Shown piece after piece: positions 62,021-64,000 of a DNA stretch of 64,000 nucleotides; position 1 is the first letter of the stretch; every line of letters begins with the position of its first letter. Position numbers and translations under genes: made by a program. The notes beneath the pieces are model-generated. The model worked only from the letters and a program-made list of their open reading frames with translations. It ran no database searches and was not told the origin of the DNA. The stretch covers positions 1,440,001 to 1,504,000 of the forward strand of contig OZ242326.1 of NCBI GenBank assembly GCA_965208325.1, read 5' to 3'. The DNA comes from Candidatus Poribacteria bacterium (GTDB lineage Bacteria > Poribacteria > WGA-4E > PCPOR2b).

Positions 62021-64000
62021 TTAGTGTGAAGCCGGCATCTGCTCTTCGGCGGGGTCAATGCGGACAGGGCAGACTTTGAGTTCAGCCGTATGTGTAACCG
62101 GGTCATAACCCGAACCTGTTAGGATGTTTACAGGTACATCGCTGAAGCTAAAGCTGGCGAACACCGTACCGCGCGGCGAACGCGGCGTGGCTTTAACTCG
62201 TATCTTTACCGTACCGCGTGCACTGGTCATCTGGCACCAACCGCCATCCATTAGCCCCCACGCCTGAACGTCGTTGGGGTTCACCTCTAAAGCCTCCTCG
62301 GACAGCAGATAGTCAATGCCCTGCGAACGGCCGGTTTGTGTGCGTGTGTGGTAGGACGCGAGCCGGCGTCCGGTGGTAAGCCAGACGGGAAAGTCGTTGT
62401 CTATCGTCTCTGCCGGGTTGCGATAGTATATACGTGTAAAGATACCGCGGCCGTTCTCGAATTTATCTTCGTGCAGCATCGGTGTGCCGGGGTGTCCCTC
62501 GTGAGGCACCGGCCATTGGTACGCCCCTTCGTCAATCCGGTCCCAATCGATACCCGCGTAGAGGGGTGAAGCGCTGCAGAGTTCGTTAAAAATCTCCTGT
62601 GCCGATCCAAAATCAAATCCCTGAAAACTGAGGCGTTTGGCAATCTGGGCAATTATCCACCAGTCGGGTTTTGCTTTGCCCGGCGGCGGTACAGCCGCAC
62701 GGACACGCTGGACTCGGCGTTCTGTGTTTGTGCATACGCCGTCGGTTTCGCCCCAAGCGGCCGCGGGCAGCACAACGTCTGCAAGTTGCGCCGTATCGGT
62801 CAAAAAGATATCAATCACAACGAGATGGTCAAGGCTTCTGAGCGCGTGTTCGCAGTGCGCTCGATTGGGATCGGAGAGCAGTGTGTTCTCCCCGTCAATT
62901 AGCATTGCCCGAATCTGTTCGCCGCACAGGTCGAGCGCCGTAACTTTGGTGACGCCCTTTTCCAAGTCAATTTCGGCACCGTACAACCTATTGAATTTCG
63001 CTTGGTTCGCCGGATCAGTGACGGATTGAAAACCGGGGTAGTTGTTCGGAAGTGCGCCGCTGTCGCCCGCACCTTGAATGTTGTTCTGTCCGCGCATCGG
63101 GTTAATGCCCGTTCCCTCGCGGCCAATGTTACCCGTCATAAGGGCGAGGTTGCACAAACTCTGTACGTTGTCAACGCCGCAGATATGTTCGGTGATCCCG
63201 AGCGTATAGTAGATTGCAGCTTTGTCCGCCATACCGTACCACAACGCCGCAACCTCAATATCCCGTGCGGGGACGCCCGTTATCGTTTCAGCCCACTCCG
63301 GCGGGAACGCCCTGACATGCTCAAGAAAATCCTCACTGTCAGTCGTGCGATTAGAGATGAACTCTAGGTCAATAAGCCCCTCGCGGGCGATTACGTGCGC
63401 CATGGCGAGCAGTAGTGCAACGTCCGAACCGACTCGAATCGGGAGGTAGAGATTCGATAGCCCCACAAGCCCAATCCGCCGCGGATCAGCAACGATTAGC
63501 TTGGCTCCCCGTGCGACCGCTTTCTTGAGGCGCGTTGCTGCGACAGGATGGCATTCGGTCATATTTGTGCCAATGCAAAATATAACATCGGGTTTCTCCA
63601 TGTCGATTAGCGGATTCGACATTGCGCCGCGTCCGATTGTGGCTGCCAGACCGGCAACCGTCGGCGCGTGTCAGGCACGGCTGCAGTTGTCTATGTAGTT
63701 TGTTCCGAAACCGGCGCGGATAAATTTCTGCATTAGGTATGCGGCTTCATTCGGCGCGCGACCCGATGCCACCCCGTAAATGCTATGTCTACCGTGTTTC
63801 TCCCGCACCGCGCGAAAGCCGTCAGCCGCGCGGTCGAGCGCTTCGTCCCAACTTGCGACGTGGAGTTGACCGTCGCCGCCGCGAACCAACGGAGTTGACA
63901 ACCGGTCAGGGTGCTGCACAAAATCGAAGGCAAACTGCCCTTTAACACAGAGCGCGCCTTGGTTGGCCGGACCGTCCATCGCGGGGTGGATACCGATGAG
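62021..64000 (-). CDS. fdhF: Formate dehydrogenase alpha subunit (Mo/W-bisPGD), a selenoprotein; the 5' end lies beyond the window
   Basis: ORFs 63671..63979 and 62021..63622 are in frame across the TGA at 63673-63671, giving NYIDNCSRA-U-HAPTVAGL...GAMSN. Also LCVKG, RGQNN.QG, TNTERR. Confidence 0.93.
63641..63659 (-). promoter_or_regulatory. Bacterial SECIS element
   Basis: Hairpin GGTTGCC-GGTCT-GGCAGCC starting 11 nt after the UGA, the same spacing as in E. coli fdhF. Confidence 0.88.

Overview
Bacterial, diderm, mostly core-genome DNA, very probably Candidatus Poribacteria. That assignment is an inference from the secreted protein ending in 'LLPNYPNPFNPETWIPY...GTYFYQLRAG', the PhyH and FGE-type genes and the intergenic repeat style. 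From left to right the window holds: a giant membrane-anchored ECF sigma factor; orphan LivK-like lipoproteins; UDG, MFS, bioD, manA, a PhyH dioxygenase and a glycoside-hydrolase-like gene; an FMN-riboswitch-led ribD-ribE-ribBA-ribH run followed by an inserted methylase plus PD-(D/E)xK gene, hisH and an NtrB/NtrC-like pair; a degenerate Rad50/SbcC-like ATPase with a 69-aa partner and no SbcD; cinA; a stop-interrupted DUF4234 gene; lipM; a plant-type lysA; tamB-bamA; a tRNA/rpmG/secE/nusG/rplKAJL cluster lacking tuf and rpoB, with an L10 leader and a MITE; a LysM-M23 gene plus a PorV-like barrel fused to a lytic transglycosylase; a candidate 6S-like RNA; sugar-acid enzymes; and the 3' part of a selenocysteine formate dehydrogenase with its SECIS. 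No CRISPR array, prophage or autonomous transposase was seen. The best candidates for something new are the Rad50-like ATPase with its mini-partner, the beta-barrel-SLT fusion, a four-segment L10 predicting eight L12 copies, two unannotated structured RNAs and a SecE with extra C-terminal helices. All family assignments come from recognising motifs by eye; no database searches were run.
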